From Tubulanus polymorphus (taxonomy: Eukaryota > Animalia > Nemertea), in NCBI RefSeq assembly GCF_964204645.1, contig NC_134031.1, positions 6,944,001 to 7,008,000 of the forward strand: a stretch of DNA of 64,000 bases. Direction: 5' to 3'. Below are positions 1 to 12,037 of the stretch, piece after piece; the first letter of the stretch is position 1, and each line of letters begins with the position of its first letter. The notes below the pieces were generated by a model. The model saw nothing but the letters and a program-made list of their open reading frames with translations, searched no databases and was not told where the DNA came from. The position numbers and the translations under genes are program-made.

Positions 1-1204
1 ACAAATATAGCTGCAAAGCAGCAAGTACAGGTTTTCTGCACAGCTGCATCATCAATGAAGGCTATTACTGCATCAAAATCAGCCTGGGTTCAGACATTTA
101 AGCAATATGTATGTTATTTGTCAAGGCATCAGTTAACTATTACATTGGTTTTCTTGTTGGGAAATGCTTCTTTTTGAATGAATGCTGAAAGCTGTGGGCC
201 AGGATGGAAATATTTGATATCAAAATCAGTCAGGGACTTTATATCTCTGGGAGAAACTAGTGAACTTTTCTTTGTGAACTAGTGAACGTTTTTAAGAGTA
301 ATTTTAATGTGTTTTTGCAGCCTAATTTTTATCTTAAACCGCACCAGTCTATAGATGTTCATTACTATTATCAAAAATACAGAAAGTGTATCCCATTATG
401 TATTTTGCTTTATGTATTTTTGCTATTATTATTAAGCTCTAGTAGTAGTAGTAGTAGAAGTAGTAGTCTTAAACCATACAGAAATAGATAGAAAAATGCA
501 ATGAGTTAAATCATATAACTAGATTCCAAATAAATACCCTTGTTGATCATTGGACAGAATAATAAAGGACCATGGGTCCAGTAGGATCAACTGAGTATAT
601 TTCATTTTTGAGCACAAAACTCGATTTATACTCAGATTTGCAGTTACATATCAAGTTGAAATCTTGGTGCACTGAATAGATTTAGGCATGTTCAACTTTG
701 ATGATATACATAGTAATGGGTTTCCCCATGACAATCATGGCAATCAATGCTATGTTCTATATGTAAGTTCTCAATACCGGTGGTAACGATGTCACTGGGA
801 AAGTCCTTCAGTTCCAACATTGAACTTGGATGCTGAAGGGCTTTCCCAGTCATGTCATTATCGAGAGATAAGGTCAAGCATCGATTAGTAGAATGGGGAA
901 AAATTCATAGAAATTTTGCACATTTCCTCCCAGTACTTCCAAATAGCTATTGATGAAACTTGCCATATCAATTCCATCACCACCTTTCAATTTCATCAAT
1001 TTCCCTCCTAATGACAAAATATCAGCGGTGTATATCCAGTGATTGCAATTTGTGCCAACAAGAGCCAACAGAAAGTTACTCTCAGAACCATTCCACAAAA
1101 ACTAACAAAAGAATATATGCAAATATCCAAAACGATCAAAACGAATTCCCTGAAACCAAAAACACGGAATCCTTTCGATCCTAGTAAATAATAGCTGTAC
1201 TTAC

Positions 1205-3497
1205 ACTTTCTAAATATTCTTCCCAGTTCGAGTTTCGCGCTGTCGTTTCGACTGTGTGACTGGCCGAGTTGAATTCGCGTTCCACTTTCGTCCAGTTGAT
1301 TTTGATGTAACCGCGATGTTGCGCTAACTGTATTAACAGTAGACTACCGCCAAGCGCAGTGGCAGCCGCTTTACCGACCTTCGAGAACAAGTAACCAGCG
1401 CACCTTAAGAAATAGAATGTTTTGAAATCAACAATTGTCTTTAGTTGAATATTTGGTGCTAAAACACCACAGTGGCGGATCCGGGGGGGGGGGGTGCTTT
1501 TTTCAGCTGTATTTTTTTGTATCATTTCTAATTTCAACCAGGAAAGTGCTCAGATTGCACCTAAATGCATCTAATTTTTCAAAATTTTCTTCCGGAGGAA
1601 CGTCCCCAGACTCCTAATGTGCAAGTAGTGACCCAGGTAAGTAGTGCGCACCCTCTTTCCGAAATGCTAGATCCGCCCCTGCGCTACACAATACGATCAT
1701 TCTCCTCTCTGTTGGTAATTCATATTTGGCCCTATGTTACTTCTACTGCGCACTCATGACCTAACTTGGCCATAGTTTTCACTACGCAAATGCATCATTA
1801 GTGAACTGAAACGGAGGCAAGTGGCACGGAATTTAAAAGAAATGTGAAACGTCAGGACTTCTGTCTGGTATACTATATAAGGAAGCAAACCATCGCTGAT
1901 TCGCTATGGTCTGATCATGTGAAATACAACGAAATTACTGAAGCCATTTGACTGCCGTTAGGCTCAATAAAGTCCCATTAATATCCATTGATTTTCGCAG
2001 TTCTTTAAACCGGTACCTGGAGATACGTACCATCCCGATACGCCGCCGATCGTGATCTGTTTCGCCGCTGAAGCTTTCGTAATGTCGTCGTACATTTTCT
2101 TGATCCAGTCGTTGCTGTTATTACTATTATTACCGGTTATCTCCTTTATTATTTCTAATCTGCCACTCCCTTTATCTTCTGTAAGCAACAACAAGGAAAA
2201 GGACATCTTAAGCAACGTTGTTCTTGTAAATGCTATTTTTGGCTATAGCTCCAGGGGCCGATCCAGCAAGACTTAAGCCTTTTACAAGAGCATCAAATTT
2301 TTTTCAGCGCCCTTTTCAATTTTTCCAGCGAAGATAATTAACGAAGATAACTTTGTGCGGTAGTGCCCATAATATTGCCGTTTTTGTTCCTCTGATGATG
2401 GGGCTTAGTTTAAGCCTCGAAACTGCAATAAACTGTTTTTATTTGTTGATATTGCCTTTGTGGATATCACAGTGCCTTTTGCGAATTAAAATGGTCTTCA
2501 AAATTAGCTTCTCAGTGCTGGAGTACACCTAAATAATACCTTTTTGGACATCAAAATGCCCTAAAAGAAAATCCTTCAAAACTGGCCTCTCAGTGTAGGA
2601 TTACAAATAATGTTGCCATTACGGACAACAAATTGCCCTTTTGGAATGTGATAAGTCCTTCAAAATTGGCTTCTGGATCCCGTCCGTGGGCTCATTCCTG
2701 ATTGGTTAGCAACGCATGTCATTTAGCCTATCTTCTGGAGGTCTAGGACCATTCGAATTTCGATTCAAATTTTGAACTTGCTCGTGTTTTTACCTGTAAT
2801 AATCGGCATTTGCTTTTTGTATTTTCTCCTCAATCAGAGTTACATCCAATATATAATAAATATACACCTACAAATTTAAAAAGCATCTTTATTAATTTCA
2901 TGGTCAAGCATGGATATTTCACTCCTGGAAATGGATGTATCCATTGTACGCTACGATTCTGTATACCCGACCACCCAAAAAAACAGTTGATCCAAATTTG
3001 AGCGACGTTTGTCGACCATACTTTGTTTGAATAGTCTGTCAATTAATCTCCTCCATAAAGAACAAACTTTTCAGGGATCAGAAAAGACATGACTTAGGCC
3101 TATTGTGGTCTTGTGGTGGTAGGACCTGTACTCAATCTCTCTCCATTGGACCCATCCTTCCCGGCAGGGATTCGAACCCAATTGCATCGAGATTGCCACG
3201 GTACGAAACCCTGCCACACTTGACCTAGTTAGTTACCTAATCGTTGGTGGTAAGCTTTTTATAATCGGATGGGCTTATACCAACGTTAGGGATGACAAGG
3301 ACCAAAACACGGTTGAAAAAAGTAACACTTCAAAAATATACTTTCTATTCACTTCAGTCCACAATTAATGGCTTAAATCACAAACTAACACAGGTACCTT
3401 TCGAAATAATCCAATTTTATGTATGTTTCGAGTGGTTAATCAACATTAATTTGAGAAATTAATTAATTTCTCCACCAATTTCGCCATTGGCCGCCAT
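1205..3497 (-). CDS. FUNDC1: FUN14 domain-containing protein (mitophagy receptor), 3' partial
   Basis: Phase-consistent exons 3497-3476, 2178-2031 and 1403-1205 give MAANGEIEDKGSGRLEII...ASAAKQITIGGVSGW|CAGYLFSKVGKAAATALGGSLLLIQLAQHRGYIKINWTKVEREF. This matches the FUN14 core (QIxxGGxxGWCAGFLFxKVGKxAATAxGGxxLLLQ). The terminal exon was not confidently found, and the exon-1 donor (GTGGAG) is weak. Confidence 0.9.
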
Positions 3498-3782
3498 TTC
3501 TCTGTATTGCACATGTGGCATGATAAGACAAGGGGACCTACAAGGATTTATATAAAATTTCCAAGACGAAACGACAATTTTTATTTTTGATGGTTTTCCA
3601 ACTTATATTTCAAATCTTCAGGTTTTCCATAATAAATAATGAAATAATAAATTCTGGTAAAAGAAAAATGTGAATAAGTGTTGATTTCTTAATTTTTTTC
3701 AATTTCGTCGTTTCGCTTAGTTAGTTTGTGCTGTTGTCCTGGCCTCAGTCCACAGGTGCCAGCACCTCCAGTAGTTTTCAAA
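3498..3782. promoter_or_regulatory. Putative bidirectional promoter FUNDC1/TSC1
   Basis: The FUNDC1 ATG (-) is at 3497. A + strand exon ends at donor CAG|GTGAGG (3854), and TSC1 is the only downstream + gene found. The spacer is under 300 bp and AT-rich. Confidence 0.5.
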
Positions 3783-6187
3783 ATGGCAGCTGTTGACCCG
3801 ACGGAAATTTACTCTCACTTTACGGCCGATTTGCACATGGATTAAGATCATCAGGTGAGGTGTTATAGGTATCAGACAAACTACGAATCTGTTGTGCCTC
3901 GATTACAACAAAAAATAGACGGATATCTTAAGAGACAATGAAATGCCAGGCAAATTACTCGTCAGTCAAATTGGCTGACGAAGATTTCATACAAAAATGA
4001 CCTTCCCATTCCTGACTGTGGTTTGTGAAAATATCCGATTGTGAAACTAAACCACAGACAGGTTACTGACTACACTTGACCGAGTGCGCAGTTTAGATGA
4101 TGTCATTATTAGCCAATCAGACATCCTGTTTATTATAGCCAGGGTTTTCTGCGCTAGTTCTGTGAAATCCACCTCAGTCATTATAGGCCTACAACGAACG
4201 AGCAATTTGATTGGTGCCGCAAGTTTTCGTGCGACAAAGCTGCGCACCCAGTTCAGTGTGGCAGGGGTTCGTGCTGTGGCTGAGTTGAGTGTAGCAATGG
4301 CATGCCATATCAGGTTCAAATCCCGAGGGAGGACGCATTGCATTGGACCAGGTCCACGGACCACATGATATTGGACCAGGTTCAGGGTCAGGGACCAAGC
4401 GATTGATTTTCATTTTTTTGTCATTGACATTGCCAGGGCCCCAGGCCCAGGGGGATTGGCTGGCCTGGCGATTCATCGATTCAGACGATTTTAGGCAACA
4501 ATTCGTGTTTTTTCTTTTGGAAAGGCAGGGCCAGCCCTTCTCTTGCGAAATTACTCAAGTCAAAAGCTGGGACTTTGGTTTATTTATCATTTACCGCAAA
4601 ACAACTCAAGAGTTTCTTCTGCTGGATTATTTTATGAATCACGACTTCTTCAATAACTTCCACTTTCCAGTCAGTGACAGTTAGTTCGAACTGTCAAGCC
4701 AGCCACTACAACTGGCGTTATGTCGCGGGATATGTTGGTCGATTCCCTACAATGGAAACCGCTTGCTTCGGCTGGTGGTTCTTTAACTCGAGAGCAATTT
4801 CCCTCGTGTGGATGGCTTCCGCCAATTATATTTCGGATTCGAATCCCAAAATTTTGTTTGACCACAACCCTAGTTAATCTTTCTAAATGACGTTCTGTGA
4901 GATGAGGTTAAGTTTCAACGTTAATTTAGGTACACCATTTAATGCAATTTGAATCACATTTCCTTAAAACGAAGCTCGCGATGTCGCGTGTGAATTTCCA
5001 ATTTAGTATTAACCGAGCTTGTGACTTGGATCGATAATTGGCATTTTCTAGGTCAAGGTCGTCAGTATATGCCGCAGTACAGAGTTTTACAGTTAGTACA
5101 GGACATACTCTCTCACTCGAGACTCTACTCTACTGCTGCTGCCTACGCTCGAGTGGATGTATCTCGTGAAGTCTACGTGTTTCAGATCACTACCTCCAGA
5201 CTCCTCTCGCGTTCAGCAGGTACGTTTGCAGGTTGTCAAGCTTTTTATTTTGACGAAACCGGCCTATGACTGAAAACAGTTTTTAAAGTCCCGTCTCTGT
5301 GGTCGGTCCTCGAACTCGCTAGGTCGTCCGTCTCCAGCCTTCTTTTTTTCGGCGAATCCTCTGCCTGCCTGTTCTTCAATCAATTCAATTAATGAAATAA
5401 AAATCAACTGTCTGTTTAATTGTATTGTCTCTCATTTAGACAATTTTCTCTAAAGGTGTTTTCTTTGACCTTTCTGAGCAGAAATGGATGGAATTGGACG
5501 TGCATTTAGCAAAACTAAGTTTGTAAAGATAGGCCATTTCAAATTCAATAAATAGGGAGTGAATATTTTGCCGATTGATGCTGCATTATTTCAGAAAACA
5601 CCATTTTCCGACATTTATATATAGGGTTTATATGTAGAGTCTAAGATTATGACGATAAAATTATTTTAGTCTTAGGGTTACTTTCGGGTTTTGATAGGGG
5701 TAGGGTCCGTAGTGTCCAGACAGAGGGTTAGGGTCCGTTTTGTCCCTTTTTCAAGCTAGGCATAGGGTTTGTGTTGAGTGCTGTATGTAGTTAGGCCCTG
5801 AAAGTAAAACATTTGAATGGTTTCAACCAACATCGGTGGAAAGACATTGCACCAGCAATATGCTGGCACAGGTTCGACCACTGACCTCCCCGCTCTATTT
5901 TTTCTCCAACTCTGTTCGCCACACTTCCCTCGAATTTTTCGAAGTCGCGCACTACCGTGCACATGTGTTCAGGCAACAAATTAGGCAATCAGAATGAGTT
6001 GTCAGCAAAGTAGCGTTTAGGCCTAACGGGAATAATGCGGCGTTGGTCAGCAATCACCTGCTTAGACCGAGCAACTGTTAGAATTTGCATTGAAAACAAT
6101 GTCATGATCGTAAAAAGTTCCATTTGCAAGTATTATGCATCACCGAATGATTCAATTTAATTAATACACAATAAACCTAGTTCAGAT

Positions 6188-6549
6188 AACATCAGTGACT
6201 ACATAATGAGAATCCCACAGTAATGACAAAAAAACAAGGTCCGAAAATGTTTCCTCGAGCTGATAGTTGATTCAACGTTTCAACTATATCTTCAGGAATA
6301 CTGAGTTACAGCAGGACTCAGTTCCAGAGTTGTGAGTTAAAAATCACTCGAGTTGAAATTAGTCGAATTTCAATGTTTTAACTTCGAATCAAATCTTAAC
6401 TCACAACTGTGAAACTGGATCCAGAAAATTAGGCGAGGAAACATTCTCAGACTTTTTTGGAGGTTTTTCATTTTTATTATGGGATTCTCGTTATATTATC
6501 GTCATAACACAGATATAGTGTCTTATGAATGGTGAACATCAGTGACTAC
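6188..6549. mobile_element. Palindromic Penelope-like short element (degenerate hammerhead core), interrupted by a small MITE
   Basis: GAGAATCCCA...TGGGATTCTC arms, and CUGAAGA..GAAACGUU on the - strand near 6275-6296. Direct repeat AACATCAGTGACTAC at 6188-6202 and 6535-6549. MITE at ~6313-6423. Confidence 0.55.
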
Positions 6550-7193
6550 TTAGTCCTAACTCGAATACCGTATGACGGCACATATTTGAGATGGGCATTC
6601 TCCCGGAGTCTGCTTCGTTTTTTCTTCAAAGGTAAAGGCATCCCTATCTAGGCCTATTAGGCCTATAACATCGTAAATTATTCCTAGTCCATGATTTTAC
6701 ATCATTTTTTTAAACGAAATTGGGTTAGATTACTACAATAAAATGTACTGTTCCTGTGTTTATTAAAAAACTCTATGCGTGGTTTGTAAATTGTCCCGGC
6801 TGCCGTGTGGGCCTGCTTAAGTCTTAAGGCGTAAAGTATCCACTTTGTAGTTATTTGGTGCAGTCCAGCAAACTATCACAGCAAACTAAAGGAAAAAAAA
6901 CAAAAAGGAAACAGATAAATCCTTGGGCTATCTTTATATGTGTCTATATTTTCACGTGCAGTGTTTTGGAAAACCTCGCTTCTCGTTTCAGAGCAGTGTT
7001 ACGAGTTTTTAAGCAACCCGTACGGTCCCAAAGCGGGGCATCAGAAATGCGTCTCTGTTTTATGTGTATGTTATTCTGACAGACCGACACAGCGTGTCCC
7101 AGAAAAAGGTTATCAGTTGAAAGATTAATATATCAAATATAGTAATAATAATCAACCGACTTTTTCCCCCATCATCATTTGAGTGTTTACTAA

Positions 7194-7427
7194 TTAGTTA
7201 CCTAACGAGAGAAATCCGAAGAAATTCAGCCTAAAAATGAAAAGTTCTGTGGCAAAAAGATATATATTTCGAGCAACGTTTCGGCTAAAGCCATCATCAG
7301 GCGTGAATTTAGCCGAAGTAGTTACTTTTAGCCAAAACGTTGCTCGAAATATATATCTTTTTTACCATAGAACTTTTCATTTTTTGGCTGATTTATTGTG
7401 GGATTTCTCGACTAGTTAGTTACCTAA
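7194..7427. mobile_element. Palindromic Penelope-like short element with minimal hammerhead core and 12-bp TSD
   Basis: Inverted arms (GAGAAATCC...GGATTTCTC). The - strand reads CUGAUGA-UGGC-UUUA-GCC-GAAACGUU at 7300-7275. Flanking direct repeat TTAGTTACCTAA at 7194-7205 and 7416-7427. Confidence 0.65.
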
Positions 7428-8693
7428 TCGTTGGTAAGCTTTTCTTATCGGATTGGCTTGAAACTAAACCACAGACAGATTACTGGCTATGAATTGATTT
7501 TCAGGCTTGCCTCGTGAATGCATGACTGAGCAGTTCAGTTACGACATGACAAAACAGTCGGTTAACAAAATGTTGGGGCGACACAATCATTTATTGAGAC
7601 TAATGAATTTATACATCTGATGTGAAAAGATTTAACTACTTAGGATTACTCTATGATTACTCTATAATTTTTTTGATCGATCTAAACGAGATTTTACAGA
7701 ATTAAGTGGATCATTCATATCAGGATGTTGAATTTTCAATCTCGCAATCGATGGTGTTCGGTCGCATTTCAGTACAAGGAATACTTACCGTCGAGGCTAA
7801 CCATCCTGGATACTGTGCTCGATAAAAGAACTGACCGATATGTAAAGCAATGACGACCTGTGGGTAGGACTCAAAAAGAGTTGAATTGTCATTATGTGAT
7901 GCTGTTAATTACTGATTGGTGCTCGGTCATGCGTAAAACAAATGGCCTTAAGACCAAAGTAGAATCTAGTTAATAAACACCCAGAGGTAGATGGGGATAA
8001 AATGAAATTGATTATAATTTCTTACATAAACATAGTTATTTTCGATCTGACAACCTTTTCCTGGGGCACGCTGTAATAAGAATTTGTTTCTGCCATTTCG
8101 CGCTAGCATTCAAAGGGCCTGGCTGGTAACCTCATTGCCATGATCTAAGCCGGGTAGGTTTGGTACACCTAAACACCAGTGTTCTACGCATGCTGGAATT
8201 TTAAAGGGGTTGCATTCATTATATATGACATCGTGACTGCTGAAGTAGCAACAGAACAGAGAACGACGAGCTGCTACGCGGTACAGGGTGCTTTTGAAAA
8301 AAGCATAAAAATTTTTTGTTAAGCAAAAAAGTGGCGCAGCTTTGGCCGCTGCTGCCGTCCTCGTTCCAATGGCTCTGAGCAAGGCTTTCAATCCCTCAAA
8401 AAATACAGAAAATTAAACTTAATTCTGGTGTAATATCTTCTATTGCTGGTAGGGATAGCACAAATTTTACAGCGAGGTGGATGTAAAGATGAAAGGGGTG
8501 ACCGCCCTTCTAAGACCTGTTGCACTTGAGAACACTGAAACACTAACACTGCAGTTGCTCCGGCATTTTACGTATCTAAAAAGAAATTGTTCATAAAAAT
8601 TAATGAAACGAATAGACGATCCTTTATTCTTGTTCGATTCCACGATCAGCAGAAAGTTATTCTTACGTGCTGGTCGACCAGTTGATGCCGTGC

Positions 8694-9949
8694 TTTTTTA
8701 GCCCACTTTATTGCGTTCACTTTTCGTCCGTCGTCCGTTCGTCCGTCCGTCCGTAGACGGAATCCAGTTATTTTGGGAAGTTTTGAAGACGCTTCAAGGT
8801 AACGTCTTGATATTTGGGTTACACATGTATCTACCCTAGACACATCTTCAGCCCAAAAACTGCCCCTGTCAGAATCAAGATGGCCGACTGGCAGCCATTG
8901 TTGTTCGCCAAAATCAGCACTTTTTACACATTTTTGAACTTTTTGAGGGAAATTTTGAAGACGCTTCGATCAATTACATTGATCTTTCGGATATATGTGA
9001 ATCCCCCCAGGGCCCATCAACATAACAAAAATTGGGTCGATCGGACTCAAGATGGCCGTCCTATGACCTTTTTAGTGCCCAAAAATGTTAATTTTGGCCC
9101 AAATTCTGAGTCCTGTAGCTTCCTACTGGTTAATCATTTCTCATTGCAATTTGTGATGGGTATTCTTTGGAAAGGGATGTTTTATACCTGAGACAGGTAT
9201 TTTTCATCAGCCAATTATGACGCAATTGGCGGCCATCTTGGTGTCACCAGTACTCATTCGTAAGTGGGACAAAGTTTTTCCACATAATATTGATACCTAA
9301 GCATATTTTGCTACCGCAATCAATTAGAAAGTTGTAGCTCATAACGTGTTCTATGATTGTGGTGAGTTTCATGGTAATTGGATTTTGTATATGGCCACCA
9401 GGGGGCGTTGAATAATACAATATCTTAGCATTTCTTTATTATATTCGTACCTATGCATATTTTGTAACCACAATCAATTGCAAAGTTGTAGCTCATGACA
9501 TCATCTATGATTGTTGCGAGTTTTAAGGACATAAGTTTATCTATATGGTCACCAGGGGGCGTTGAATTGTAGAATAACTTAGTATTTCCTTATTATATTG
9601 GTACCTAGGCATATTTTGTTACCATGATCAATTGCGAAGTTGTAGTTCATGACATGTTCTATGATTGTGGTGAGTTTCGAAGTCATTGGGTTTTGAATAT
9701 GGTCACCAGGGGGCGTTGAATAGTAGAATGACTTAGAATTTCCGTATTAAATTGGTAACGAGGCATATTTTGTTATCACAATCAATTACAAAATCGTAGC
9801 TGCTGACAGGTTCTATGATTGTGGTGAGTTTCAAGGTCATTGGTTTTTGTAAATGGTCACCAGGGGGGCGTTGAATGTTGAAATTGTTAGATTGTTGAGC
9901 ATTTGAAACCACTTCCCAAGTGGGCATGGAGTCCCTGGACCCCTAGTTT
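8694..9949 (+). mobile_element. Non-autonomous Helentron/HINE (DINE-1-like) element with internal tandem array
   Basis: T-run start, then subterminal IR TAGCCCACTT (~8699) pairing with AAGTGGGC (~9918). Also a (GTCC)n microsatellite at 8725-8755, a 154-bp array, and a 3' stem-loop GGAGTCCCTGGACCCC followed by TAGTTT. Confidence 0.75.
9287..9895 (+). repeat. 154-bp tandem array (~4 units) with a CTCF-like motif in each unit
   Basis: ATGG(C/T)CACCAGGGGGCG starts at 9391, 9545, 9699 and 9853, an exact 154-bp period. Confidence 0.9.
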
Positions 9950-12037
9950 GCAGAGGGACTATATAGAAAAAGATGTGCTCTCTATCGGAAGCGATCTTTT
10001 GTCGAACGTCTCTTTAAATCCGTGTCCAGACGAGATATACGTTATGACATTGAAACTGTACTGTAAAATCCTCATTTCATAACACGAGGTTCTAAATATG
10101 TATCCTAACTCGTCCCAGGCAGTATCACAGTATCGGGGCTTCAGGTAGGTTCGGTTAAGTCGTCGAATCTTTTCGGGTCGTTCAAAATGTAGCCGACTCG
10201 AATCTGAGAGCGATGTCCAAATTGGATGGTTTCATAATTCCATTGGTTAGAAAAATACCTCAACGAACATACCTCATTGAAACAGTTGTTCAAGGTGACT
10301 TGGGGTAGAGTAAATGTAATACTTATAAGCATCAGGTCTTTTTCTAGTGTCTGCACGTAGTTTGTCTTTACATGTTTAAACAGGTTGGCCACTTACCTCG
10401 AAATCAGGGAAGAAGAAGTCAGAATAGTCATTGAAGTCAGGGAAAAGCAAAATTAAAAGTGGCCACCTTGTTAAATCGAGTTCCCCACAGATCTCTGTTA
10501 AATTAAGAGACTCTTCAACAACTCAAAACAACCTGCTACTCCTGTTGTAACTAACCGATGATTGAGGATCCGGATTCTGTGAACCCGACGCCCCTGACAG
10601 AAATGATGAAACTTAATTCTATGCGCTGTGGTTAGATTGAAAAGGTACAGAGACGGTTGGTTGATCAAATCACTTGCCATACTCGCTGTAGAAGGGTAAG
10701 AACGTTTTTAAAATTGCGATCGTTTCATTAGGACATTTCAATTATTCTAAGTACATCAGTTCTCGAGCATGACCCGAATCGGGGCCACACGGGCGTAGCC
10801 TGTCCTGTAGAGTGCCCTTGATTCGAGAACGGATCTCTGTGAGACAAAATACAATTCATTAATCGATTGATCGATATGAAAGGTCATCATATTTACCACT
10901 TAGTTCCGGTTTTTCGAGGATAAGATATGAAGGTCGTCTATAGTCTCTCTCTCTCTTTCGCAAGTGTCGCAATGTAAGCCAGTAAAATCTAGTGATCAGT
11001 GTGATGAAGGAAATGCATCGTAGTATAGTGGGATGAAGATATCATATGAGTTCTGCTTTGGGGCCGTCCATATAGTACGTGCGCATGGTCTGGTTAGGAC
11101 CTGTGAATCAAATGCGTACGATAGGTAGCTGACAGTCATCAAGTCTGTACGCGCTTAGTGGACAAAATATGTCGTATATACGTAGCACCCAACTCCTGTA
11201 AGAATGATAGCAGTTGCTTATCAAATCATTGTGAAACCTTATTGACAGACGCTACGCGGTACTGGAAATTTTCCGTGTACGACGCTGTTGGTACTTAACT
11301 TAGTGTTCGGCATTTATTGTGAAAAAATGTTTGAATAGATTTTCTACCTTTGGTTTCTGCAATCAATGTCTTAAATCTATTCACTGATAACGAACGTTGC
11401 TGAGATATAAGTTTAACGTTTTAATTAAATGCAATATCGTAATACTGCAGTGATTCACTTTAATATGATATCTATAAAGTACTCAAATAATTCTATTGAT
11501 TTTCACGTTGAGATTAATGACCTTCTCATTCTTGATAGAGTTTTATGATTACTTACTTAAAATGAGGACCAGATCATCTGTTTCTCAAGAATTTCAACGA
11601 TTCATTGAAATCACGAAGGGTACCCTCTCATTGATTCTTGAGATGACTGCAGTTCTATAAACTAGAACTATGCGGGATTGATCCAGAGGCCAATTTTAAG
11701 ACCTTGTCGCATCTGAAAAGGGCACTTTGATGTCCAAAAAGGCGATAACAGGCAAACTGTGCGCTGAGAAGCTAGTTGCGAAGAACTTGTCTCATCACGA
11801 AATTGAGCTTTCATGCCAAAATAGCCAAAATTAGGCACACTATTGCACTGAAAGGTACCAATTTTCTTTGTTGATGAATTAGAAAAGGGCACTGAAAAAA
11901 AAAATTGATGGACTTGTACTAGTTACGTAAGTCCCCTGAATCGGCACTGACTATGTAAACTCTACAAAAGAATTGGTTGTTCTAATTGTTAATTTTGTCG
12001 ATAACCGTTTTTTATTTTGTAGGTATGATTATTGCTA

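Noticed and set aside
740-755. CxxCH heme-binding motif (CHDCH) in ORF 692-877
   Set aside because: A single short motif in a broken frame with no cytochrome context; likely chance.
874-1102. FUNDC1 terminal exon (phase-compatible acceptor at ~1103)
   Set aside because: The peptide lacks the short GFxGGFLLG-type FUN14 C-terminus, so it was left uncalled. The true exon is probably left of the window.
4047-4476. ORFs of 94-105 aa on both strands
   Set aside because: They fall in the tRNA-ended MITE, the frames are not preserved in other copies, and no domain is recognisable.
9287-9895. CRISPR-like array
   Set aside because: The whole 154-bp unit is repeated with no unique spacers, the context is a eukaryotic TE, and there are no cas genes.
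10545-10650. C/D-box snoRNA or ribozyme suggested by TGATGA/CTGA motifs
   Set aside because: Box order and terminal stem do not fit, and no hammerhead helices could be built.
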